64,000 bases of DNA, taken from NCBI GenBank assembly GCA_045863235.1, contig BTUM01000001.1:256001-320000 (forward strand), in the 5' to 3' direction. Below the pieces are notes generated by a model that ran no database searches, was not told the DNA's origin, and saw only the letters and a program-made list of their open reading frames with translations. Below, piece by piece: positions 21,114 through 29,502 of this stretch; positions within the stretch are counted from its first letter, which is position 1; every line of letters starts with the position of its first letter. The translations under genes and the position numbers were made by a program. This DNA comes from Candidatus Xenobia bacterium. Lineage in GTDB: Bacteria; Vulcanimicrobiota; Xenobia; Xenobiales; QWHO01.

Positions 21114-22160
21114 TCAGCTGGCGAAGAGCTGGGTGAGGTAGTCGAACATCAGGGGATCCTTGTGGCGCAAGATGTCACGCGCTCCCGCTTCGAAGAAGGC
21201 TTCCACCGACTCGGCGAACCATTCCTGCGGGTTGACCTCGGCATACTGGCTGACCTTCCCGGAACGTTCCCTGGCGAAGCGGTTGTAGAGCTGGACCGAC
21301 AGGGGGTGGGTGCGCGACTCCTTGTCCTGCACGTAGTGGTCGTAGGCGTGGGCGAATTCATGCCGCGCCGCCGAGCGCCCCTGATTACCCAGAAGCTCTT
21401 CTCCCACCACCAGAAGCCTGCGGCTCTGGTCATACAGGCCGCGCACAACGCTCCAGGGGCGTCCGTCGAAGGTGCGCTCGCCCGGAGCCACCACCTTCAT
21501 CCCCTTGATGGTCAGGTCGGTCAGGGCCATCTGTTTTTCCAGGACGATGACGTTCAGACCCCACTGTTTCATCTTCTGCACGATGGTCAGGCCCATGGGC
21601 TCGAGCTCGCGGACGATCTTGTTGCGCGCTTCGCCCGAGGGGGCGTGGCGGATCATCTTCTGCAGCACTTCGGCGGTCGGGCTGGAGCTGGACCCTGATT
21701 CGGAGCCGGCCGTAGTTGGGGCCCCCGGCTGGCGCGGGACGTAGCTCGAGAGCTGGATGATGGAGGGGAAGACCGGCTCGGAGGGCAGCTCTTCCTGCTG
21801 CCCCTCGTACTCCTCGCGCTGAAGGTCCTCGCGGTAGCTCTCCAGACCCGAGAGCAAGGCCTCGAAGTCTTGTTTGCTCGAGTAGGCAAAGCCTTTGCTC
21901 TTGCCCTCGTCGCGCATCCTCTTGCGCAGTTTGTAGAGATACTCGCGGGCATCGGGAGAGAGATCGAGGGTGTCGGTGGTGAGCAGATAGTGCAGCTTCT
22001 GCTCGTCGTCGAGCGTCTCGAGCTGGCGCAGGACGTTGGGCTTGACGCTGCGGGCGAGCTCGCGCTGGACGGCCCCGATGTGGGCAGCATCGTAACCCTG
22101 GAAGTTTGGGCCTCGAATCTCCATGGGATATGGCATGATTAGACGCGGCGAAACAAACAC
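21114..22160 (-). CDS. Zinc metallopeptidase, anthrax lethal factor (ATLF)/Pro-Pro endopeptidase-like C-terminal domain
   Basis: HEFAH zinc motif and YAEVNPQEWFAE; true start may be ATG 22124 (MEIRG). Confidence 0.75.
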   Translation of the reverse strand: MFVSPRLIMPYPMEIRGPNFQGYDAAHIGAVQRELARSVKPNVLRQLETLDDEQKLHYLLTTDTLDLSPDAREYLYKLRKRMRDEGKSKGFAYSSKQDFEALLSGLESYREDLQREEYEGQQEELPSEPVFPSIIQLSSYVPRQPGAPTTAGSESGSSSSPTAEVLQKMIRHAPSGEARNKIVRELEPMGLTIVQKMKQWGLNVIVLEKQMALTDLTIKGMKVVAPGERTFDGRPWSVVRGLYDQSRRLLVVGEELLGNQGRSAARHEFAHAYDHYVQDKESRTHPLSVQLYNRFARERSGKVSQYAEVNPQEWFAESVEAFFEAGARDILRHKDPLMFDYLTQLFAS

Positions 22161-22189
22161 CTTGTCTTGAATGTTATACTGGTGTGACA

Positions 22190-22678
22190 GTGAAACGATT
22201 GTTCCTGGTTCTGGCTGTGGCTGGCTGGCTCTGGCTCCCTGCGCGGGCCGCCGGGGTCGGAGATGCGGCTCCGGCCGTCAACCTGCCGTCACTGGGCGGT
22301 GGGCAGGTTCAACTGCACGCCTTGCTCCCCAATGGACCGGTGTTGCTCTGGTTTACGGCCGTGACCTCCGATGACATGGCCCAGGCGGCAGCTCTGCACC
22401 AGTTGGCCTCGCAGCACGGGGCCCAGCTGGTGATCGTCCCGGTGGTCGGTGCCGACCAGGTTCGCGCACAGCAGATTGCAGGCCAGGTTCCGGGTGCCAT
22501 CGTGCTGCTCGACCTGGATGGGCGGGTAGTCCTGAGCTATGCCGGGGAGTATATCGTGGGCGTCTGCCCCAATCCCAATCTCTTCGTTGTTACCCGCACG
22601 GGAGCCATCGCCGCGGCGCGCCAGTATCCGGGCATTCCCCCCTCAAACTTGAGCGAGGTGCTATCCCGGTCCCGCTAG
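22190..22678 (+). CDS. Exported redoxin/thioredoxin-fold protein lacking CxxC
   Basis: Signal peptide; VGDAAPAVNLPSLGG..GPVLLWF and PNLFVVTRTG redoxin-like pattern. Confidence 0.65.
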   Translation: MKRLFLVLAVAGWLWLPARAAGVGDAAPAVNLPSLGGGQVQLHALLPNGPVLLWFTAVTSDDMAQAAALHQLASQHGAQLVIVPVVGADQVRAQQIAGQVPGAIVLLDLDGRVVLSYAGEYIVGVCPNPNLFVVTRTGAIAAARQYPGIPPSNLSEVLSRSR

Positions 22679-22716
22679 CCTGAAGCCGCTATGGCTGCTC
22701 GGCGTCCGGTTCTTAA

Positions 22717-22745
22717 GCCCCCGTCGTCGACGGAGGGCATTTTTT
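22717..22745 (+). terminator. Intrinsic terminator at the left edge of the island
   Basis: gcccccgtc-gtc-gacggagggc stem followed by a T run. Confidence 0.6.
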
Positions 22746-23064
22746 GATGGTCCCATTTTGTCGGTCTGGTCTCAATCGACCGTGGCACCCTATCGCCTTC
22801 CGTTTAACCGAGCGCATGCCGAGAGGTCACAAACTTTGTTTGCCGCGGCTGGGGGAGACCGCGCTCTGGGTGAGCGGCGCGCACCTCTGGGGCCGTCCCG
22901 AGCATGGGGGGCGGCTCTCTTACGGATACCTCAGCCGGATGGTGCACCGGTATGCCTTGCGGGCGGGTCTGGAACCCTTCGGGATGCACATGCTGCGCCA
23001 CGCCTGGTATCAGATCGTGAACTCCTCCTTCCAAAAGCAGATTTACAAAAGGTCGCGTCGTCGT

Positions 23065-23150
23065 GCCTGTGGGAAGTGTGGGCAGCTTTGCTGTCCAAGC
23101 CCTGTGGGAAACTCGAAGAGTTTTCCATCGGGGCGTCACTTTCCACAGGC
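23065..23150. repeat. Palindromic MITE/REP-like element inside the IS110 non-coding end
   Basis: Terminal inverted repeats gcctgtgggaagtg / cactttccacaggc (13/14) with two internal hairpins. Confidence 0.7.
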
Positions 23151-23199
23151 CTTGTCGGCCAGCGGACGTCGCCAGGTTTCCTGGTGCTGTCCACAAGTC

Positions 23200-23528
23200 T
23201 TTCAGGTTTTGGCCTCCCGTGGCGGAGTGGACCGCCCCTGGTTTCCGAGTCCTCACTTGGTATCCTGAGTCACCGCGAGAGACTCGCGGGCTCCAACTTC
23301 CTTCATCCTGGGTGCTCGGGAGGCGGAGGTTCACTTCTTCGCTTCGGAGTCGCCTTGGAGGGCGCTCGCCTTCGTGTGCCGCCAGAATCCTCTGCCACCA
23401 GAGAACAAAAACCTGACTTGACTCAACTTAGAGGGGTTCTGACCGCGGGCCACGTCTACGCTTCGGAGTCGCCTTCGACGGCGCTCGCCTTCGTGTGCCG
23501 CCGGGCTCCGCAGTCTCAACCCCAAACT
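23200..23528 (-). ncRNA. Candidate IS110 bridge/seek-type guide RNA region
   Basis: Non-coding region downstream of the transposase with three GAAGG..GAGC-hairpin-GACTC modules and donor-like segments (see findings). Boundaries are approximate. Confidence 0.55.
23340..23502. repeat. 44-nt direct repeat pair with a 75-nt spacer
   Basis: 23340-23383 and 23459-23502, 42/44 identical. Confidence 0.95.
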
Positions 23529-24354
23529 CTATGCCGCTTTGCTCCTCCTGTCCGTCAGGCGTGCTTTGAGGCTCACGACGTCGTCAGCGGCTCTGTCGCG
23601 GTGGCGGAACTGGCTCCGACTCTTGCAGATCGTCAGGACGATCCGGAGCAACCGGCACATGTTGGCGACCAGCGCCTTCACGGTGGCTTTGCTCTCTAAG
23701 CGCAGCGACAGATATGATGTCATCAGCGTCTCGTTGTGACGCAGAGTGGTTACAGCCATCTGGTAGAGCAGGTGGCGAAGCAACGGCCTGCCCATCCGGG
23801 AGATCCGCTTTACGCTCTCCCGCTTCGCCCCGGGTTTCCCGCCGGATGTCGCTCGACCAGGTTGAGGCCGGCCAGCTTGACGAGCTCTTTGGCGTTTCGA
23901 TACTGCGCCGGATCGCCGATTTCGCCAAGCAGACAGGCCGCGCCCAACTCGCTGACGCCGGGAATGCTGGCGATCAGCTCGGCATAGCCGGTCTGGCACA
24001 CCAGCGCAAGCAGCTGACTCTCGATGCGAGCCAGTTGGTCGTTGAGCATCCGGCACTGCTCGACCGACTCCAGCAGCTCCGCGCGTGCGGACAGGAGGCC
24101 CTCGCGGACTCCGATGGAATCCCGCGCCGCCTCGACCAGCGCTTCGGCCACCTTGCGGCCTCGCCGCCGGCGCTCGCATCAGCCCAGAGCTTGTCGAAGG
24201 AAGCCCGGTCCTGGCCCATTTTGAAGGGCTTGCCGAGCAGCATCCCATCGGGTAGCATAAAGGAAACCAGATGGGTGCTCTTGGCCAGGTCGAGCCCAAT
24301 CGCCAGCTTGTTCTTTACCATCTGCTTCTTCTGGTTCAGTTTTGCAAAGTTCAT
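23529..24354 (-). pseudogene. IS110-family transposase/recombinase with internal deletion and frameshifts
   Basis: IGLDLAKSTH (RuvC DEDD start); SIPGVSELGAACLLGEIGD..LVKLAGLN; SG..ISRMGRPLLRHLLY. Spread over three frames; most of the DEDD domain is missing. Confidence 0.9.
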
Positions 24355-24616
24355 CCCGGTCGCTCCGTTCTCTTGACTGTAGGAAGCCACGAGATACCAG
24401 GGTGCCCGGGATGATCCTTTTCCCGGCCACCATTTCCTTATAGGAGTTCTGCGCGACCCATCTCCTCGAGCGCGGCGCCGACCTTCGCGCCGTCCAGGAG
24501 TTGCTGGGCCACGACTGTCTCGACTCCACCCAGATCTACACGCAGCTCCGCCCGATCGCTCTCGAGCACGAGCACCGGCGCACCCACCCGCGCGCCCGGC
24601 GCAGCAAGGAGGCCTG

Positions 24617-25382
24617 ATGACCTGGGAAGCGCTCTGGACCGCCTATCTCCAACACCTGGAGGGAACTCGTCTTGGGACTGCCACGCGCATGGCGGTGGCC
24701 ATCTGGGTGCCACGCTTCATCGCGCTGTGCCAGCGGCGCCAGGCCGAGCACGTGCGGGCCTATGAGCTGGAGCTGCCGTGGCAGCCCGGCCCACGCGGCC
24801 GGCTGTATGCGGCCAACACCGTGGACCAGGCGCTCCGGACGGTGCGGACCTTCCTGCGCTGGGCCCACGGCCAGGGAATTCTCCCGCGTGACCCGGCGGG
24901 GCACCTGGTGCTGGGGCGACCGGTGCAGCCCAGCTCGCGTGTGCTGACCCCGGAGGAGGTGGAGCGGGTCCTGGGCCAGCCCGATCTGAGCGGCCCGCTC
25001 GGACTAAGGGACCGCTGCATTCTCGAGCTGGTGTACGTGACGGGAATGAGCAGCCAGGAGCTCTGCGGGCTCGACCTGGCCGACCTGTGCCTGGCCGAGC
25101 GCCTGGTGCTGGCGCGCCAGGGCGGCGGCCTCCCCGCGCGGCCCTACGGCCTGACCGCACGCCTCCAGGAGTTGCTGGGGCTGTACTGCTGGAGGTCTCG
25201 CCCCGACCTGGCGCCTGAACCTCCCAGGCGGCGCTATTCGTGAACAAGCGCGGCGGCCGGCTGTGCCATCACCGGGTGCTGGCCGTGACCCGGCAGTGCG
25301 GCGAGCGGGCCGGGCTTCCCGGAAAGCTCACGGTGCTGTGTTTGCGGCGGGCGCACAAGGTGCACAGGCCTCTCTCCCTTAA
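24617..25382 (+). pseudogene. Second Xer-like tyrosine recombinase, frameshifted and 3'-degenerate
   Basis: SAM-like N-terminus; GLRDRCILELVYVTGM..EL..LDL.D; after a frameshift near 25225 reads ALFVNKRGGRL..AGLPGKLTVLCLRRA. Start overlaps the previous stop (TGATG). Confidence 0.82.
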
Positions 25383-25430
25383 CCGAGAATCGAAATCGTG
25401 CTAGACTGTGAGCGTATCCGAGGAGGCGAC

Positions 25431-25673
25431 GTGACCGACAAAGCCCGACAGATCGTGGAAATGGTTCTTGAGCTGGACTTCAGGGAGCGCAACGAGGTGA
25501 TCTCCCAGTTGCTGGCCAGCATCGATGAAGCTGTGGACGAGGATGCCGACGCCGCCTGGGACGCCGAGATCGGTCGTCGAGTTGAGGCGTTGGAAGCCGG
25601 GACAGCGCAAACCATGCCGGTTTCCGAGGCTCTGAGCAAGCTCGAAGCAGCCAACAAACAGGCCGCTCGTTGA
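25431..25673 (+). CDS. Addiction-module antitoxin (Unstab_antitox-like)
   Basis: LDFRER..LLASID..DAAWDAEIGRRVEALEAG; GGAGG RBS; TGcTAGACT -10 element upstream. Confidence 0.85.
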   Translation: MTDKARQIVEMVLELDFRERNEVISQLLASIDEAVDEDADAAWDAEIGRRVEALEAGTAQTMPVSEALSKLEAANKQAAR

Positions 25674-25969
25674 CCTTTGAAGTCTTTCTCGAGGCCTACG
25701 ACGAGGCCGAAGAAGCTCGCCTTCGCTATTTCGAAGAAGACCCCGATCTGGCCGTCGACTTCGTAGCCGAGCTCCGGGCCACGCTCGGACGCATCCAGAG
25801 CACTCCGGACTTCTTCCCGAAGGAACGCCACCGAACCCGAAAGGCGTTCCTACACCGGTTTCCCTTCAAGGTGATTTACAGGGCGGCGCCCGATCAGCTA
25901 ACCATCATAGCTGTGGCCCACATGAGCCGGAAACCCGGTTACTGGCGCGAGCGGCTCGAGCGGATCTAA
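25670..25969 (+). CDS. RelE/ParE-family toxin
   Basis: LHRFPFKVIYR..IIAVAHMSRKPGYW; start overlaps the antitoxin stop. Confidence 0.88.
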   Translation: MTFEVFLEAYDEAEEARLRYFEEDPDLAVDFVAELRATLGRIQSTPDFFPKERHRTRKAFLHRFPFKVIYRAAPDQLTIIAVAHMSRKPGYWRERLERI

Positions 25970-25984
25970 GGTGTAATCGAAGAC

Positions 25985-26962
25985 GTGAGCGCTCGTGCCC
26001 GACCTCTACTGAAGAATCCTCAATGGCACTGGCCCCATGACGCATTGGGCTCGGTCCGGGCCATCACGGATAACACTGGGGCTGTCGTTGGGAGTTACAG
26101 CTACGGGGCTTGGGGCGAGACTATGTCGGCCTCGGACCCGAGCGGCTTCACGATACCCTACTTGTTCGTGGGCGCGCTGGGGGTCCGGTATGACAGCGCG
26201 ACCGGGCTGCACTACTGCAGAAACCGCTGGCTCGATGCGGCAGGGCTTCAGTGTTTCCTGAGCAGGGACGTAATCAAGTCCCCGAATCGTTACGTCTATT
26301 GCCACAACGCACCTACGCAGTATATCGACCCCAACGGGCGTTTCCCTGAAAGCCCTGAACTGAGACAGACCTACCGTCGACTCTACGACCGCTGGCGCAA
26401 TGATTACACTGCGTCGGGAGATTATCTGGTTCGCAACCGAGGTGGCGGGCTGTGGAGTTTGTGCCGTATGCTCCACGAAATCTCCGACTCCGTCACATCC
26501 AACGAAGACTTTCTTCAGCTCCTGCAGGCGCTCTTTGTGAACAACTCTAGCGTAGGCACGATTAACCAGTTCGTCGAGACGCTCACTCTGAACCAGACTT
26601 CCATGACAACACTGAGCGAAAGTCAAATGCAGGGGCCGCGGAGAGCCTATGCTCCAGGTCGAAGGGATTGGAATCACAATTACCAGGATGATGTTGAGCC
26701 CCATCAAGACCAGACCCACCACTTGGTAGCTTTCATCATCGCTGGCTACAAGCACGGTGATCGCGTGGCCGAAGGCTTAGGTACACTCCTGGATCTACCA
26801 CAAGGCAATATCGGCGATATGAATGTCACCACGCAAGGCGCGATCTTTGGAGACCTGCTCAGGTTTCACAATGACCTGGACAAGGGTGACCCGGAGAAAA
26901 TGAAGTGTTATCGCCGGAGTTGGATAACCTCACTGTGTAGTCGGTTGAATACCGGTCCATAG
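25985..26962 (+). CDS. Orphan Rhs module: Rhs core plus unknown C-terminal toxin domain
   Basis: DALGSVRAITD, YSYGAWG, TGLHYCRNRW, FLSRD and NRYVYCHNAP..IDPNG core motifs; YD repeats absent. Confidence 0.85.
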   Translation: MSARARPLLKNPQWHWPHDALGSVRAITDNTGAVVGSYSYGAWGETMSASDPSGFTIPYLFVGALGVRYDSATGLHYCRNRWLDAAGLQCFLSRDVIKSPNRYVYCHNAPTQYIDPNGRFPESPELRQTYRRLYDRWRNDYTASGDYLVRNRGGGLWSLCRMLHEISDSVTSNEDFLQLLQALFVNNSSVGTINQFVETLTLNQTSMTTLSESQMQGPRRAYAPGRRDWNHNYQDDVEPHQDQTHHLVAFIIAGYKHGDRVAEGLGTLLDLPQGNIGDMNVTTQGAIFGDLLRFHNDLDKGDPEKMKCYRRSWITSLCSRLNTGP

Positions 26963-26963
26963 C

Positions 26964-27503
26964 ATGAATCCCGCGACCTGGAGAAGAGCGAGTCAAGCTG
27001 GTTCTGGAGTCACCTGGGTCCTCGTTGCGACCGTTGTTTGCCTCCTGCTTTTCGTCCTTTGCAGCCGGTTTTGGCCTGGAACAGCCGGGGATTTGGACTG
27101 GGAGTTGATGTCCGTCGATTCGGTCCAACTCGGTGCAACAGAGCCAGCCGTTTGGAAACTAAAGCGTAAGGCTGACTACGGGGGCGAGCGAGGAAAAGCA
27201 CCAAATAGCCAGATTTGGATGCACAGCGCAGGCAGCCCATCTTTCATCGAGTTTGTGCATGGCAAGGTAAGACTGGTCACAGGTACCTCGCTATCCGTGA
27301 ATGGTCAGGTGATCCTCTCCAATAAGGACGGACCTGAAAAAGTCAAGAGTCTGTTTGGAAGTCGGGCCTCAGTGTATAGGCAATTGGACGGCGAAACGTG
27401 GGCTTACCACAAGGGCGATATTTACGTTAGCTGCTATGTCATTGTCATGCCAGATGGTTCTCCCGGTATTCGGAGCATCACGCTGCGGCAAGGATGGCCG
27501 TAG
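26964..27503 (+). CDS. Putative Rhs immunity protein (membrane-anchored)
   Basis: Starts 1 nt after the Rhs stop; N-terminal TM segment; visibly lower GC than the flanks. Confidence 0.55.
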   Translation: MNPATWRRASQAGSGVTWVLVATVVCLLLFVLCSRFWPGTAGDLDWELMSVDSVQLGATEPAVWKLKRKADYGGERGKAPNSQIWMHSAGSPSFIEFVHGKVRLVTGTSLSVNGQVILSNKDGPEKVKSLFGSRASVYRQLDGETWAYHKGDIYVSCYVIVMPDGSPGIRSITLRQGWP

Positions 27504-27734
27504 CCTCACCGTCGCGGTCGTCGCCCATTGGCCCAATGTGCGACTCACGCTCATCGGAACCTCAGCCGTAGGCGGTAGACCGGACGCGGAGGCTCTTTGG
27601 GGTCTCGTCGAGGGGCGGCCTTCACTCGCAAGCCGCGTCGTCAGGACACCGTTGACGACACGGCGACGCGGCTTGTTGGTTACCCTGGCCGGGTGGGGCC
27701 CCTGCGGGGCCCTTGGGTTCTCGAGGCGGAGGTT

Positions 27735-27864
27735 TCGTCCGCATCACCGGCGCTCTGCCAGGCGGTGCTTGGTGCTTGGGCATGCGCGCCTGTCCACCAC
27801 CGAGATCTATACCCATCCCAGTCGCGAGTTGGTGGCCGCCTCGGTGGCCCGCCTGGCGCGCTGA
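27735..27864 (+). pseudogene. Tyrosine recombinase C-terminal fragment
   Basis: ASPALCQAV / VLGHARLSTTEIYTH, frameshifted by a 7-nt duplication GTGCTTG (27765-27778). Confidence 0.75.
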
Positions 27865-28012
27865 GGCGCCCCGGCCCGGGCGTGGCCGGGCCTTTCTCGT
27901 CGCCAGGGCACCCGGCTTCGACGACCCCTGCGCCACCGGGCAGGAGTTGGGCGCAGGGGCCGCCTCGGCCGGGTGGGGGCCGGAGACCGTACTGCCCAAC
28001 CGCTCTTGCCGG

Positions 28013-28380
28013 TGTCCGTGTCAACTGAAAATGCCCCCACCGTGCGGGCTGAAAAAGCCCCCACCCTCTGAGCAATCTAACCTTCCTTTTTCTTCTCCCG
28101 CTTGCTGTTCTTGAGCCTCTGCCGGAATCGGTAGGACTCCCCTTCGATTGGCAAGATGTGAGACTGATGGGTGAGCCTGTCCACGAGCGCACCCGTCATC
28201 ATCTCGTCCCCCAGAACCTCTGTCCACCGGCCGAATTCGAGGTTAGTGGTCAGGAGAGTGGACCGGCGCTCATACCGGGACGCCACCAGGTTAAAGAGAA
28301 GCTCGGCTCCGTCACGCGGGAAGGGCACGAATCCGAACTCGTCCAGGATCAAGAGATCGATCCGCTGGTAATACGCCTGT
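28013..28380 (-). mobile_element. IS21-family right-end remnant
   Basis: Terminal TGTCCGTGTCAAC at 28013; subterminal repeats ctgaaaa(t/a)gcccccacc at 28025-28041 and 28049-28065; istB tail. Confidence 0.85.
28077..28380 (-). pseudogene. istB: IstB ATPase C-terminal fragment
   Basis: DLLILDEFGFVP, RYERRSTLLTTN, ALVDRLTH and GESYR motifs. Confidence 0.9.
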
Positions 28381-28395
28381 AGCCTACATGCCGGC

Positions 28396-28514
28396 CGCCC
28401 TCGCCCGCCGGGAGGTAGCGCAAGCCACGGATCCCCGTCAAGACGCCTTCGCCAGCACTTCGCGTCTTGACGGGGCCCCGCGTCTTGCGCTGGGAAGAGA
28501 GCGGGGCGAGGGCG
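28396..28514. repeat. Long imperfect hairpin
   Basis: Perfect 14-bp inner stem ccccgtcaagacgc / gcgtcttgacgggg, plus agcgcaag/cttgcgct and cgccctcgccc/gggcgagggcg arms. Confidence 0.75.
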
Positions 28515-28822
28515 TCCGACCGGGCAAGGAGCGGGCCGGGGCAGTCCGTCTCCGGCCCCTGGATCACCGGGGGGGCTCTGGCGAACCGCCAGGCAAGAGG
28601 CGGATAGAGGGCCGAATTCGGCCGCCGGGCCCGACCGGGTCTCCCAGGCCCCCCGGGCGAGAACGGAGGCTTCCAGGGGCCTTCTGCGCGGCCACAGCCG
28701 AAGCGGAAACCATGATGGCCGCTGGATCTGCGCGGCGATAGAGGGTCCCGTGAAGGGGTGGACAGAGCCCCGGGGGTTCTCGTGGCGGAGGCTGGTTGGC
28801 CGGCTGCGCCGGCCTTGCACTT

Positions 28823-29484
28823 GTGTGCCAGGCATGGCACGAGGTTCCAGGGGAACCTGAAACTCGATAACTGGCGAGCGAAAGCGAACCAGGAAGTGAC
28901 TTGGAGGTGAAAGTCCTCTGGGGGCCCTGATGGTGGGTACCCCTAGCTGATCGGCAGCTGCGTCGCCGCGAGGCGGGGTGGGAAGGAAGCCGTAGGCAAA
29001 GCTCTGGCCTGAGGGACACGAAGCGCATATGAGGCGGTCGTTGATGGGCAAGGGGACAGGTGCTACCCGAACCCAAGACCATCCGGGAATCAGCGGGCGT
29101 AGATGCGACAGGTAGATGGAGCGAAGGTCACGTGCCTTACCCTGGGAGACCTGCACGGTGCCTTGTGCGAGCCCGAGCCGAAAGGCCGGGTCCAACCGGG
29201 CAGGGGTCAGCAGAGGTCATAGTAGCCGCAGCGCACGGCGGTGAAGGACCGAACATTGTGAACGAACCAGCGCGGAGCGTTCGATGGGTGAAAGAGAAGC
29301 AGACATAAAGCCTGAAATGGCTGGGCGGTCTCGGCAGATAGGCAGCGGAACTGCTGAACTTAAGGGAACCGCGCATCAAGCGCCCACGGCACGAGACGGC
29401 ACCGCTGGGGACAAGCAGCCGTGTTTACTTGAGATAGCGTTGCGCCGAGAGAACATGCTCGCGGCCTACAAACGCGTGGTGAGG
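28823..29484 (+). mobile_element. Class C (IIC) group II intron, 5' part only (domains I-III and start of IEP ORF)
   Basis: GTGTGCCAGGCATGG 5' end just after a GC hairpin; GGTGAAAGTCC, CTTACCCTGGGAGA and GTCAGCAGAGGTCATAGTA..GAAGGACCGAAC motifs. Confidence 0.85.
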
Positions 29485-29502
29485 TATTCCCGCTCAGCCT
29501 AA
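29284..29502 (+). pseudogene. Truncated intron-encoded RT (RT0 start only)
   Basis: LLEIALRRENMLAAYKRVV, then abrupt loss of similarity and a stop. Confidence 0.8.

Larger units (their letters stand above)
23007..24451 (-). mobile_element. IS110-family insertion sequence (defective)
   Basis: Bounded by a duplicated CTG core (23004-23006 and 24449-24451); removing it restores the recombinase frame. 8-bp inverted repeats GAACTCCT (23019-23026) and AGGAGTTC (24442-24449). Confidence 0.88.
22830..24617 (+). pseudogene. XerC/D-like tyrosine recombinase, 5'-truncated and split by IS110
   Basis: Left part ...ALWVS..GMHMLRHA (to 23006) joins [31 protein letters not shown] (from 24452), restoring the HxLRH, LGH and catalytic Tyr motifs. 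Confidence 0.9.

Noticed and set aside
22340..22380. Selenocysteine in the redoxin-like protein
   Set aside because: No in-frame TGA at the active-site position; the CxxC is simply absent.
22680..22830. tRNA or att/dif site at the island boundary
   Set aside because: No tRNA fold, and no direct repeat shared with the right boundary could be found by eye.
23340..23502. CRISPR array
   Set aside because: Only two repeats, a 75-nt spacer, no cas genes, and it lies inside an IS110 end.
28381..29195. 372-aa ORF 28077-29195 as a full gene
   Set aside because: Only the last ~100 aa are IstB; the rest is antisense to the intron RNA and the hairpin tract.
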